The notes under the pieces were generated by a model that was given only the letters and a program-made list of their open reading frames with translations, searched no databases and had not been told where the DNA came from. From assembly GCA_966211015.1 (NCBI GenBank), contig CBIHMP010000001.1, forward strand, positions 1 to 53,959: a stretch of 53,959 nucleotides of DNA. The letters are read 5' to 3'. The stretch is from an uncultured Luteolibacter sp. Lineage in GTDB: Bacteria > Verrucomicrobiota > Verrucomicrobiia > Verrucomicrobiales > Akkermansiaceae. Positions 1 through 9,010 of this stretch are shown one piece after another (within the stretch, counting starts at the first letter, position 1; every line of letters starts with the position of its first letter). The position numbers were made by a program, and so were the translations under genes.

Positions 1-17
1 CAAGAAAGGCCCGGGCC

Positions 18-551
18 GTGCCGCCGTCATCGCTCCGGAACAACGCCACGAAGAACGACGGGGGCCTCACCGAATGGTGCCGGGAAACGGCGGTTTCGCT
101 GGGCCTGCCCGAGCTCGCGCGGAAGGTCCGGGTCGGCTGGAATTCGCGGATGCAAACGACCGCCGGTCGGGCGTGGTGGCCGGACCGGCTGATCGAGCTG
201 AATCCGAAATTGAAGGAGCTGCCGCCGGAGGAAATGTGGCGCACCCTGCGCCATGAACTCGCCCACCTCGTCGCCTACGAGCGCGCGGGAAGGCGGCGGA
301 TCGAGGTCCACGGCGGAGAATGGCGGGCTGCCTGTGCCGAGCTGGGCATCCCGAACGAGCAGCCCTTCCACAATCTCCCGTTCAAGCGGAAACGCATGAA
401 GCGGAATTTCGCCTACGTGTGCCCGCAGTGTTTTAGCGCGATCCGGCGGGTAAAAAAAATCAACCGGATGGTGGCCTGCTATGCGTGCTGTCGGAAGTAC
501 AGCGGCGGCTTGTTCGACGCGCGTTTCCGGCTGCTGGAGCAGAAGCTCTAG
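18..551 (+). CDS. SprT-like zinc metalloprotease (start may lie upstream of the window)
   Basis: TTAGRA, IELNP, HELAH (HExxH), HGGEW and C-terminal CPQC/CYAC zinc motifs; the frame is open to the window edge. Confidence 0.85.
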   Translation: MPPSSLRNNATKNDGGLTEWCRETAVSLGLPELARKVRVGWNSRMQTTAGRAWWPDRLIELNPKLKELPPEEMWRTLRHELAHLVAYERAGRRRIEVHGGEWRAACAELGIPNEQPFHNLPFKRKRMKRNFAYVCPQCFSAIRRVKKINRMVACYACCRKYSGGLFDARFRLLEQKL

Positions 552-1498
552 CGTGCGTTCCCGATCGCCTCCAGACGGCGGTGGGTCCATTCCGCCTCGG
601 CCTCGAAGCCGTTCTCCTGATGGAAACGGAGGGTTTCGCCGTAGCGCTTCACGGGGTCGAAACGGATCGCGTGCCGCAGCTTCCGGAGGCAGACGGGGCA
701 GAGTTCCATCGGGGTCTCGTCGGCTTCCTCCAGATGGTTGGCGCCGTTCATGTTGCACTCGTAGTGGATGCAGTGGCGGATGCCGAACATGTGGCCCATT
801 TCGTGGGTCAGGATCTTCGCGGCCCGGCGCAGCACGAGCTTTCCTGTGTCCCCGGCCATCCCGGCCACCGGCCGATAGCGGGCGAAGCTGAAGACACCGA
901 CGCGATTCCGGGTGGAGGCTTGGCCGAAGACGAAGTTCCACGATTCGTCCGGATACAGATCGGTCATCGTCACGGCGATCATCGCGTAGGCGTCCGGCGG
1001 AAGGAGGCGGGGTAGCCATGCGAGGATGTCCGTGCTCTTCCACTGTTTGCGCCCGGCATTGTCCCGCTCCTTGGCAGGCACTTCCCGGCTTTGCAGCGCC
1101 GGGAGCAGCACCACCGGCATGGGATGGTAGTAGGCGGCGGTGTAGTTCTCCAGCAGCTTGAGATCAGGGCCGTCATCGTCCGCGAAGCCCCCGAGAGGCA
1201 GGATGTAGAGTTTCTTCCGCACCTGGTTCGGCAGATTGGGACGAGAGGCGACATACCGGGCATAGGTCTGCCCCGGTTCAGGATGGGAGGCCAGCCAGTC
1301 GAAATTCCCCGGGGGCTTCTTGGGCACGAACTCCCCCCGGTCGCTGAAGGCGCGCCGGAGCCGGGCATCGAGACCATGGAGCGATCCTGCCGCTGCCGTC
1401 CGGGCTTCTTTTTCCGGTGGCTCGAATGCCGCGAGCGCGGCACCGCAGGCGGCGAGCGCCAGGAAGAAGGGCAACCGGAAGATGCCTCGGATACTCAT
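548..1498 (-). CDS. Archaemetzincin (peptidase M54) family zinc metalloprotease, secreted or lipoprotein
   Basis: HEMGHMFGIRHC...CNMNG...LCPVCLRKL and WNFVFGQA motifs; hydrophobic N-terminus with LAAC. Confidence 0.85.
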   Translation of the reverse strand: MSIRGIFRLPFFLALAACGAALAAFEPPEKEARTAAAGSLHGLDARLRRAFSDRGEFVPKKPPGNFDWLASHPEPGQTYARYVASRPNLPNQVRKKLYILPLGGFADDDGPDLKLLENYTAAYYHPMPVVLLPALQSREVPAKERDNAGRKQWKSTDILAWLPRLLPPDAYAMIAVTMTDLYPDESWNFVFGQASTRNRVGVFSFARYRPVAGMAGDTGKLVLRRAAKILTHEMGHMFGIRHCIHYECNMNGANHLEEADETPMELCPVCLRKLRHAIRFDPVKRYGETLRFHQENGFEAEAEWTHRRLEAIGNAR

Positions 1499-1559
1499 GC
1501 AGCCATGAAGGACAATTTACTCCTTCGAGCCAAGCGTTTCGGTCTTCTGGAACCGGCGG

Positions 1560-3743
1560 CTATTTCTTCCTTCCCCGGCCGCCCTTCGGGTAGGCCACCT
1601 TTTGCCGCGGGGCGGAGGCGGCGGGCGTACCGTCCTTCAGCGCCGCGATTTGATCGCGAAGGTGGGCGGCGCGCTCGAATTCCAGCTTGGCGGAGGCTTC
1701 CAGCATCTCCTTCTCCAGTTCTGCGAGCACCCGGACTTTGTCATAGGTGGCCTCGTCATCGGAGACCAGGGAGCGGTTCAGCTTATCGGCGGTCTCCCGT
1801 TGGCTCGAGTAAAGCTGCAGGCTCTCCTGGACCGCACGCTTCACACCCTGCGGCGTGATGCCGTGGGCCTCATTATGCTCCATCTGCCGGCTGCGGCGGT
1901 ATTCCGTCACGTCGATGAGGCGTTGGATGGAATCGGTGACCTGATCACAAAAGAGCACGCACTGGCCGTTGATGTGGCGGGCGGCCCGGCCGGCGGTTTG
2001 GATCAGGCTGGTTTCGTTACGCAGGAAGCCTTCCTTATCGGCGTCCAGGATGCAGACGAGCGACACTTCCGGGAGATCAAGCCCCTCGCGCAGGAGATTG
2101 ATGCCGACCAGGATGTCGAAGGCGGCGGCGCGGAGCTGACGGAGGATTTCCACCCGCTCGACGGTGTCGATGTCCGCGTGGATGTAGCGTACCTTCAGGC
2201 CGGTGCCCTGGAGGTATTCCGAAAGGTCTTCCGCCGTCTTCTTCGTGAGGGTCGTCACGAGCACGCGCTCGCCGCGTTCGACGCGCTGGCGGCACAGCTC
2301 GATGGTCTCGTCGATCTGGTGCTTGAGGGGGCGCAGGATCAAGGTGGGATCGAGCAGCCCCGTGGGGCGGATAATCTGCTCCACCACCAATGGCTTGCCC
2401 GGTTTTCCAGGATCGAAGGCTTCGACAGGCTCGGCGCTCCCACTCGGGATGATGCGGAGCTTCTTCAGGTCGATGTGCGTGAAGCCACGGTCGTCGCCGC
2501 GGCCCTTTACCGGGATGTAGCGTTTGTTTTCCGGCCGCGAGTTGACGATCTCGAACGGCCCCGGGGTCGCGGAGACGTAGAGCCGCTGCCTCGTCATCTG
2601 CATGAACTCGTCGAAGCGCAGCGGCCGGTTGTCCAGCGCGCTCGGCAGGCGGAAACCGTGGTCCACGAGCACCGTCTTGCGGCTTTTGTCGCCCTCGTAC
2701 ATCCCGCCCACCTGCGGGATCGTCACGTGGCTTTCGTCCATCATCAGCAAGTAGTCCTTCGGGAAGAAATCCAGAAGCGTATGCGGACGCGAACCCGGCG
2801 GACGGCCCGTCAAGTGCCGGGAGTAGTTCTCGATCCCTTGGCAGAAGCCCATCTCCTGCATCATCTCGATGTCGTAATCGGTCCGCATGCGGAGCCGCTG
2901 GGCTTCGATCAGCTTGCCCTCCTTTTCAAACCACGCCACGCGTTCTTCCGCCTCCTTGCGGATCTCGACGATCGCGCGCTTCATCTTGTCGCCCGGTGTG
3001 ACGAATTGCTTGGCAGGGAAAAAGGTGTGCTTGTCCAGCCGGTCGATGGCGGCACCCGTCAAGGTATCGATGGTCGTGATGCGGTCGATCTCGTCGCCGA
3101 AGAATTCCACGCGCACCGCCGTCTCGTCGAGGTAGGCGGGATGCACTTCGACGACGTCGCCGCGGACCCGGAATTTCCCGCGGCCGAAGGCGATGTCATT
3201 GCGCTCGAAGAGGATGGAGACGAGCGATTGGAGGAGGTCGTCGCGGCGGATCTGCTGCCCGATCCAAACGGGCACCATCATGCCCTCGTAGTCCTCCGGC
3301 GAGCCCAAGCCGTAGATGCAGGAGACGGAGGCGATGACGATCGTGTCCTCCCGCGTCAGCAGGGAGCCCATGGTCGAGAGGCGCAGGCGTTCGATCTCGT
3401 CGTTGATCGAAGAATCTTTCTCGATGTAGGTATCGGTCCGGGGAATGTAGGCCTCGGGCTGGTAGTAGTCGAAATAGGAGACGAAGTACTCGACCGCGTT
3501 GTGCGGGAAGAAGTTCTTGAATTCCGAGTAGAGCTGCGCCGCCAGGGTTTTGTTGTGGCTCATGATCAGCGTCGGTTTCCCGATCTGCTCGATGATGTTC
3601 GCCATCGTGAACGTTTTCCCCGAACCCGTGACGCCGAGCAGGGTCTGGTGGGTATTTCCCGCCCGGATGGACTTCACCAGCTTGGCGATCGCCTGAGCTT
3701 GATCGCCCTCGGGCGCATAGTCGCTGGTTAGTTTGAATGGCAT
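1560..3743 (-). CDS. uvrB: Excinuclease ABC subunit B
   Basis: GVTGSGKT Walker A, YYQPEAY beta-hairpin, DESH, GINLLREGLD, QTAGRAAR, C-terminal UVR coiled coil (LEFERAAHLRD). Confidence 0.98.
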   Translation of the reverse strand: MPFKLTSDYAPEGDQAQAIAKLVKSIRAGNTHQTLLGVTGSGKTFTMANIIEQIGKPTLIMSHNKTLAAQLYSEFKNFFPHNAVEYFVSYFDYYQPEAYIPRTDTYIEKDSSINDEIERLRLSTMGSLLTREDTIVIASVSCIYGLGSPEDYEGMMVPVWIGQQIRRDDLLQSLVSILFERNDIAFGRGKFRVRGDVVEVHPAYLDETAVRVEFFGDEIDRITTIDTLTGAAIDRLDKHTFFPAKQFVTPGDKMKRAIVEIRKEAEERVAWFEKEGKLIEAQRLRMRTDYDIEMMQEMGFCQGIENYSRHLTGRPPGSRPHTLLDFFPKDYLLMMDESHVTIPQVGGMYEGDKSRKTVLVDHGFRLPSALDNRPLRFDEFMQMTRQRLYVSATPGPFEIVNSRPENKRYIPVKGRGDDRGFTHIDLKKLRIIPSGSAEPVEAFDPGKPGKPLVVEQIIRPTGLLDPTLILRPLKHQIDETIELCRQRVERGERVLVTTLTKKTAEDLSEYLQGTGLKVRYIHADIDTVERVEILRQLRAAAFDILVGINLLREGLDLPEVSLVCILDADKEGFLRNETSLIQTAGRAARHINGQCVLFCDQVTDSIQRLIDVTEYRRSRQMEHNEAHGITPQGVKRAVQESLQLYSSQRETADKLNRSLVSDDEATYDKVRVLAELEKEMLEASAKLEFERAAHLRDQIAALKDGTPAASAPRQKVAYPKGGRGRKK

Positions 3744-3789
3744 CCGGCCCCTGTGTAAGCCCGGATGAGCCGGCTCGCAAGGGCTGCCC

Positions 3790-4194
3790 TCAGGTCCGCT
3801 TGCTGCGCACCGCCATCACCTGCGCCACTCCCTGATCCGCCTCCAGTTTCCCATACTCCGGCGAGCCTGCCGGATAGGCGGCGATTCTCCCGGCATGGTC
3901 GAAATGGAAGCCCCAGCCGTAGCGTTTTGGCAGGGCCGAGGTCCGCAGGCAGGGCAGCGGCTTGGACCGGATGCGAGCGAGGATTTCCCTTTTCGTTTCG
4001 CCGGTGGAAGCTTCCCGCCGGAGCTCTCCTTCCGCGATCAGCGCCTCGTGCGTGTAGTGATAAGGCTTTTCGCGCAGCAAATTCAGGTGGATCAGGTGCA
4101 CCGGCACCTTGCCGCCGCGCACGGGCGGCTCGATTCCCGAGGTTTCCGGGCAATCGGAGGAAATCCGGATGAAGGTGTTGCGGAAGCCGGTCAT
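3790..4194 (-). CDS. DUF6157-like hypothetical protein
   Basis: NTFIxxSxDCP and CLRTSALPKRYGWGFH motifs; 4-nt overlap with the upstream gene. Confidence 0.7.
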   Translation of the reverse strand: MTGFRNTFIRISSDCPETSGIEPPVRGGKVPVHLIHLNLLREKPYHYTHEALIAEGELRREASTGETKREILARIRSKPLPCLRTSALPKRYGWGFHFDHAGRIAAYPAGSPEYGKLEADQGVAQVMAVRSKRT

Positions 4195-4751
4195 CGCGAG
4201 GCGCTACGTTTTTTCAATTGCTCCAGAATCCATGGTCGGATTCCGGCGAGATCCGGATCGCCGGTGGCCATGACGAGCATGGCTTCCGGGTCTTCCGCGA
4301 AGGATTGGTCGAGCAAGGTGCGGGCCTCCTCGCGGTTGCCCTGCACGCATGAATAGCAGGCGAGGTTGTAGAGAATCAGAGCGTGCTTCGGGTGGCCCTG
4401 AAGCGCGGAACGAAGGATGAGCTCCGCTTCGTCGATGGAGCCGGCCCGGCGCTGCGCATAGGCCGCCTGGATCCACCATGCCGGGTCCGCGGGCTCCTTT
4501 TCCAGCATCGGCAGGCAGATCTCCGCGGCAGCGGACCATTCCTGGAGGCGGAAAAGGGCGTCCACTCTCAAATGCAGGGTGAGGGAGGACTCGGCGTCAT
4601 TGCCGCGCAATTCGTCGAGTTCGGCAAGGGCGTCCACGGGCATCCCGAGCTCGAGAAATCCGATGGCGCGCTGGCAGGCTGCGGTCGCTTCGTCGGTCAC
4701 GGCCCGATCATCGGCGTGGAGGCTTTTCTTGGCAATCCGCCGCCCGCTCAT
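4191..4751 (-). CDS. Tetratricopeptide-repeat protein
   Basis: GFLELGM, TPR-like helices, LYNLACY...DPDL; ATG at 4751 overlaps the upstream TGA (ATGA). Confidence 0.75.
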   Translation of the reverse strand: MSGRRIAKKSLHADDRAVTDEATAACQRAIGFLELGMPVDALAELDELRGNDAESSLTLHLRVDALFRLQEWSAAAEICLPMLEKEPADPAWWIQAAYAQRRAGSIDEAELILRSALQGHPKHALILYNLACYSCVQGNREEARTLLDQSFAEDPEAMLVMATGDPDLAGIRPWILEQLKKRSASR

Positions 4752-5695
4752 GAGGAGAGAAACTCCAAGGCCCGGCGCTCCGACCAGTATTGCCCGCCCG
4801 TGGAGGAAAATCCCACGTGCCCGCCATCCGCCGGGACCTCCAGATGGAAGAGCTCGCTCGCCGCCGCTTCCTCGCGCGGGTAACATCCCGGCCCGAGGAA
4901 GGGATCGTTGGCGGCATTGACGAGGAGCGCGGGAATCTGGATCCGGCTCAAGAAGGGTCGCGAACTGCTGCGCGCCCAGTAGTCTTCCGCATCCCGGAAG
5001 CCGTGCAGCGGCGCGGTGAAGCGGTCATCGAACTGCTTGAAATTGCGAATGTCCGCGATGCCTTCGAGATCGATGTCGTCGGGGAAACGCGGCCTTTTCT
5101 CGACAAGCTTGTCGCGCAGGGAACGAAGAAAACGGGCCATGTAGAGACGGTTCGTCCTTGTGGAGAGGCGGACCGAAGAACAGGCGAGATCGCAGGGGAC
5201 CGAAAAAGCCACCGCGCGGTGCAGCCTCGGCGAAATCTCCCGCTCGCCGAGGTACTTCAAGCTCATGTTTCCGCCGAGGCTAAAGCCGACGAGGTCAATC
5301 TGCATCGCGGGATGCACCGCGAGGGCGTGGCTCACCACGTGATGCAGATCGCCGCTGGCCCCGCTATGGTAGAAGGGCAGGAGGCGATTTGACTCCCCGC
5401 TGCAGCCGCGGTAATTCCACGCCAGCACGTCCCAACCATTCTGGCGGAGGGTGCCAGCCATTCCTTGGATATAATGGGCTCCGGAGTCGGCCTCCAGCCC
5501 GTGGGAAAGGATGACGAGGCGATTGCGCCCCTGCGCGGCCCAGTCCAGATCGAGAAAATCACCGTCCGGAAGTTCCAGCCGTTCGCGTTGCCGGGTGATA
5601 AGGGGCACCTTCCGGAAGAGAGCCGGATAAATCGTCTGTAGGTGGCCTCCGCGGAGGTGGGCGGGAGCCCGGTAGCTGGAGGAAACGATCGGCAC
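4748..5695 (-). CDS. YheT-family alpha/beta hydrolase
   Basis: GHLQT, DGDFLDLDW, HGLE, RGCSG, GFSLG nucleophile elbow, DDRFTAPLHGF, GGHVGF. Confidence 0.9.
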   Translation of the reverse strand: MPIVSSSYRAPAHLRGGHLQTIYPALFRKVPLITRQRERLELPDGDFLDLDWAAQGRNRLVILSHGLEADSGAHYIQGMAGTLRQNGWDVLAWNYRGCSGESNRLLPFYHSGASGDLHHVVSHALAVHPAMQIDLVGFSLGGNMSLKYLGEREISPRLHRAVAFSVPCDLACSSVRLSTRTNRLYMARFLRSLRDKLVEKRPRFPDDIDLEGIADIRNFKQFDDRFTAPLHGFRDAEDYWARSSSRPFLSRIQIPALLVNAANDPFLGPGCYPREEAAASELFHLEVPADGGHVGFSSTGGQYWSERRALEFLSS

Positions 5696-5788
5696 GGCGG
5701 GAAGCTAGGTCCGCCGCCGCCGCCCGGCAAGGGCGGGGCCTACGCAGGCGAGCTTGCTTCCCGGCGGAGTCCGCTTCATGGGTCTCCG

Positions 5789-6202
5789 ATGTCATTCGTC
5801 CTTCATCCGCGCTTGGCGGCGGCCTGCTTCGATCTGGGCACGAAATACGGTTGCCGTGTCCTCCTGAAGGATAACGCGCTCTTTCCCTGGGTGATCGTGG
5901 TACCGGAGGTGGAGGAAGGCGTGGAAGACCTCCATCAGCTTGATCCCGATCGGTGGGGTGACGTGATGGTGGTGATCCGGTCACTTTCCTGCTTCGTTTC
6001 CGAGCATTTCAGACCGGACAAGCTGAACGTCGCCTGCATTGGCAATCAGGTGCGTCAGATGCACATCCACATCGTCGGCCGCTCGCCGGGAGATCCTGCG
6101 TGGCCCGGCGTGGTGTGGGCGTTCGAAGGAAAGCAGCCTTATACGCCGGAAGCCGCCGAGGCGATCCGCAAGGCGGCGGCGAAGTGGTTGGAGGGGAAAT
6201 AG
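5789..6202 (+). CDS. HIT family protein
   Basis: FVLHPRL, DKLNVACIGNQVRQMHIHIVGR, DPAWPG; ATG at 5789. Confidence 0.85.
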   Translation: MSFVLHPRLAAACFDLGTKYGCRVLLKDNALFPWVIVVPEVEEGVEDLHQLDPDRWGDVMVVIRSLSCFVSEHFRPDKLNVACIGNQVRQMHIHIVGRSPGDPAWPGVVWAFEGKQPYTPEAAEAIRKAAAKWLEGK

Positions 6203-6209
6203 CGGCCGT

Positions 6210-6440
6210 CTATTTGCCGGCGATTGCCAGGGGTGTCGCGTCCCCCGCGCGTAGCATGGCATTCGGGCTGACGATGATCCGACTGTCGGGCTTCAAAGCG
6301 GCGGAGGTGAGCTCGATCTGGGGGCCAAGATTCCGGCCGGGGAGGACGTCGATGAAGGCCACCTTCCCGTCTTCCACCAAGGTGAGCTTCTCCTTTGCGG
6401 GGCCATCATGACGCGAGGCCCGCGGCTTGTCCCCGGCCAT
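6210..6440 (-). pseudogene. Possible remnant (C-terminal fragment) of an RND periplasmic adaptor gene
   Basis: VEDGKVAFIDVLPGRNLGPQIEL..ALKPDSRIIVSPNAMLRAGD resembles the membrane-proximal C-terminus of adaptor subunits; no N-terminal part is present. Confidence 0.4.
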
Positions 6441-6583
6441 CCTGGTTCGAAACGATGAGGGAACGGAATGGAGGCCGAGGAGTCTCAAAGTCGCTCACCG
6501 GTCTTTTAGTTTGAAACATGCCGATCCGGGAAATGAATGTGCATTGTTGCCCGTAGAGGCAGCCACTCGTTTAAAAAACCACC

Positions 6584-7255
6584 ATGAAATCCATCACATT
6601 GCTTCTTCCGCTCCTCTCCGTTTCGGCCATCGCCGATCCGCTCCCGCTTTTCAATGGGAAAGATCTTGCCGGCTGGACTGCCGACGTGCCTGAAGCCGAC
6701 AAGAAGCCGGACCTTCAACCGAGCTTCGTGGTGCGCGATGGCAAGCTGGTCTCGCTTGGCAAGCCGCTCGGGCATCTGGTCACCAAGAAGGAATATTCCG
6801 ACTACAAGCTGACGGTGGAGTACCGCTTTCCCGGAAAGGCGGGGAACTGCGGCGTGCTCGTCCACAGCTCAACTCCGCGGGAACTTTACGGGATGTTCCC
6901 GAAATCCATCGAAGTGCAGATGCAATCCGGCCAAGCCGGCGACTTCTGGTGCATCGGCGAGAACATCGAAGTGCCGGATATGGAGAAGCGGCGTCCGCGC
7001 AAGGAGGGCCAGAAATTCGGCGGCGGTGCCGATGATGCGCGCAACATTAAGAACCTGACCGACGACTCCGAAAAGCCGCTGGGCGAATGGAACACGATGG
7101 TCATCGAATGCAAAGGCGACGAGGTGAAGGTGTGGGTCAACGGGGACGAGGTGAACCACGGCACCAAATCGACTGCGAAGAAGGGCAAGATCGCCCTTCA
7201 GGCCGAAGGCACGGAAGTCGAGTTCCGGAAGGTGGAGCTCGAGCCGCTCAAGTGA
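6584..7255 (+). CDS. DUF1080 (3-keto-disaccharide hydrolase family) secreted protein
   Basis: Signal peptide; LFNGKDLAGW, GNCGV, EVQ, GEWN, VNG, IALQAEG...FRK motifs. Confidence 0.9.
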   Translation: MKSITLLLPLLSVSAIADPLPLFNGKDLAGWTADVPEADKKPDLQPSFVVRDGKLVSLGKPLGHLVTKKEYSDYKLTVEYRFPGKAGNCGVLVHSSTPRELYGMFPKSIEVQMQSGQAGDFWCIGENIEVPDMEKRRPRKEGQKFGGGADDARNIKNLTDDSEKPLGEWNTMVIECKGDEVKVWVNGDEVNHGTKSTAKKGKIALQAEGTEVEFRKVELEPLK

Positions 7256-7266
7256 ACGCGGTGGGG

Positions 7267-7290
7267 AGAGAGCTCGAGCTCGAGCTCTCT
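7267..7290. repeat. Perfect 24-bp palindrome built on (GAGCTC)x3, between convergent genes
   Basis: AGAGAGCTCGAG|CTCGAGCTCTCT flanked by GGGG and TCCCC. Confidence 0.85.
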
Positions 7291-7306
7291 TCCCCCCCAA
7301 CGGTGC

Positions 7307-7837
7307 CTACTTCCCGATTTCGATCGCGGTAGCGTTCACGACAAGAGCGTCCGCCGTCGATCCCTCGGCGACCTTGCCGGTGACGGTGATCTCCGCGAGG
7401 TTGGCAAGCCCCCCTGCACCTTCGATGTCCTCTTTCAGCACGCGCCCGTCTTCCCCGACGATCTGGATGGTAGCGGTGCCCTGTTTCTTTTCCTCGGAGG
7501 TCTCACAGCAGGTGTCCCACGGGGTTTCGCAATTGTCACCGGGCATCTCGTTGCAGGGGGTTAGCAGCTCGGGATCTCCCAAGATGAACGCCGCCCGCCC
7601 GGCCACGAAGGGCGAGGCGCTTCCCATAATTTTGCCGGAGAGGGTGATCTCGTCACCCGCCTTTGCGGTCGAGCGTACGGCATGGATCGCCTGGGGCGGG
7701 CCGGCCGGGGCTTTCGCAAGCACCGCAGAGAGCTGCGGGCCGGGTACGGGCGCAGCGGTGCTACGGGTCGCGGCGGCTTCCTCCTTTTTGCAGGAAGCGA
7801 GCAGGCAAATGGCGGCTAGTATAAGGGTCGGTTTCAT
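7307..7837 (-). CDS. Cys-rich lipoprotein, last gene of the ABC operon
   Basis: MKPTLILAAICLLASC lipobox; CNEMPGDNCETPWDTCC motif; ATG at 7837. Confidence 0.8.
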   Translation of the reverse strand: MKPTLILAAICLLASCKKEEAAATRSTAAPVPGPQLSAVLAKAPAGPPQAIHAVRSTAKAGDEITLSGKIMGSASPFVAGRAAFILGDPELLTPCNEMPGDNCETPWDTCCETSEEKKQGTATIQIVGEDGRVLKEDIEGAGGLANLAEITVTGKVAEGSTADALVVNATAIEIGK

Positions 7838-7857
7838 GGATGGAGTTAATGGTGGTT

Positions 7858-9009
7858 TCAAGAGGAACGGAGAGCGGCGGGGAGGGGGGGCTTCAAGCAG
7901 CGGATTGCGGGCGGCAGGGCGCCGATCAGCCCGAGCAGGAGGCCGGTGAGGATGCCGGTGATGGCCACTTCCGGCCCGATCTCCAGCGTGAAGGCTCCGA
8001 TGGAGAAGGGAATCGTGCGGCCGTCGAGGGCGAGTACCGCGATCAGCGAGGCAAGCAAGGTGCCGGTGAGGCAGGCCAAGGTGCTTTCCTGCACCAGGCT
8101 GGCGAGCAGGGAGGTGCGGCCGAAGCCGATCGCCTGGAGCGTCGCCATTTCGCGAACGCGGGAGGCAAATGCCGCATAGAGCGTGTTCAGCCCGCCGAAG
8201 AGAGCTCCCGCGGCGATCAATCCCGCGGTGATCCACGTCATTGCCCGCAGCGGCCGGAAGAATGCGCTCAAGCGCGCATAGTAGTCGCTCTCGCGAAGGG
8301 CGCTGAGCTCGAGGTCGAGGCGCTGCTTCGCGAAAAGATCCGCTTCCGAAAAATCGTCCGGGTTGTCGAGGCGGAGCACGACGCAAGAAACCGTCTCGCG
8401 TTTCGCGAGCACGCGGAGATCGCCGAGGGTGGTCCAGATTTCCGACTCCAGTACCGTGCCCGGGGCGGCAAAGGTGCCGGAGATCGTCAGCTCCTGGCCA
8501 TCCAGAATGACCTTCTCTCCGGGGCTCAGATCGTTCTCGGCTACCCCGAGCTTGCGCCAAGCAAGCCGCCCCGCCATCACCTGCCCGGCCGCGGGGAAGC
8601 TGCCGGCGGTGATTCTCACCTCGGGATGCACCCGCAATGCTTGCGGCGTCACACCCCGGAGCATCGCCTGGACCCTGCGCCCGCCGGGTAGTTCGAGGAA
8701 GTTCATGTAGTGGATCTCGTTCGAGACGGCGCGGACTCCCAGCGATTCGGCGATGCCGGGTACGGCCGCCTCGGCGATGCCCGCCGTGCTTTCCGGAACT
8801 TCGCTGCGCTGGATGCTTTCTTCCGAACCGGCACCGACGAGGATCACGTTGTGGGGCGAGCCGGAGGCCGAGAGCACCCGCTTCATGCCGGCGTTGATCG
8901 CCACGGCGGCCATCACCAGCAGCACCACCAAGGCGCTGCCGCCGATGGTCTGCAGCAGGCGGGTCTTCGAACGGAAAAGATTCCGCACGGCGTAGGCGAA
9001 GGGAAGCAT
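7858..9009 (-). CDS. ABC transporter permease (FtsX/MacB family)
   Basis: YAVRNLFR, periplasmic loop, RVREMATLQAIGF, three C-terminal TM segments. Confidence 0.9.
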   Translation of the reverse strand: MLPFAYAVRNLFRSKTRLLQTIGGSALVVLLVMAAVAINAGMKRVLSASGSPHNVILVGAGSEESIQRSEVPESTAGIAEAAVPGIAESLGVRAVSNEIHYMNFLELPGGRRVQAMLRGVTPQALRVHPEVRITAGSFPAAGQVMAGRLAWRKLGVAENDLSPGEKVILDGQELTISGTFAAPGTVLESEIWTTLGDLRVLAKRETVSCVVLRLDNPDDFSEADLFAKQRLDLELSALRESDYYARLSAFFRPLRAMTWITAGLIAAGALFGGLNTLYAAFASRVREMATLQAIGFGRTSLLASLVQESTLACLTGTLLASLIAVLALDGRTIPFSIGAFTLEIGPEVAITGILTGLLLGLIGALPPAIRCLKPPLPAALRSS

Positions 9010-9010
9010 T

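Noticed and set aside
1602-3731. Long antisense ORFs (709 aa here; also 14281-16203, 22466-23977, 36219-38039, 42034-43587, 47583-49178)
   Set aside because: Shadows of well-supported genes on the opposite strand; expected in high-GC DNA and lacking recognisable motifs
18-3743. SprT protease near uvrB as a DNA-protein crosslink repair module
   Set aside because: Opposite strands and separated by a secreted protease; proximity alone is weak evidence
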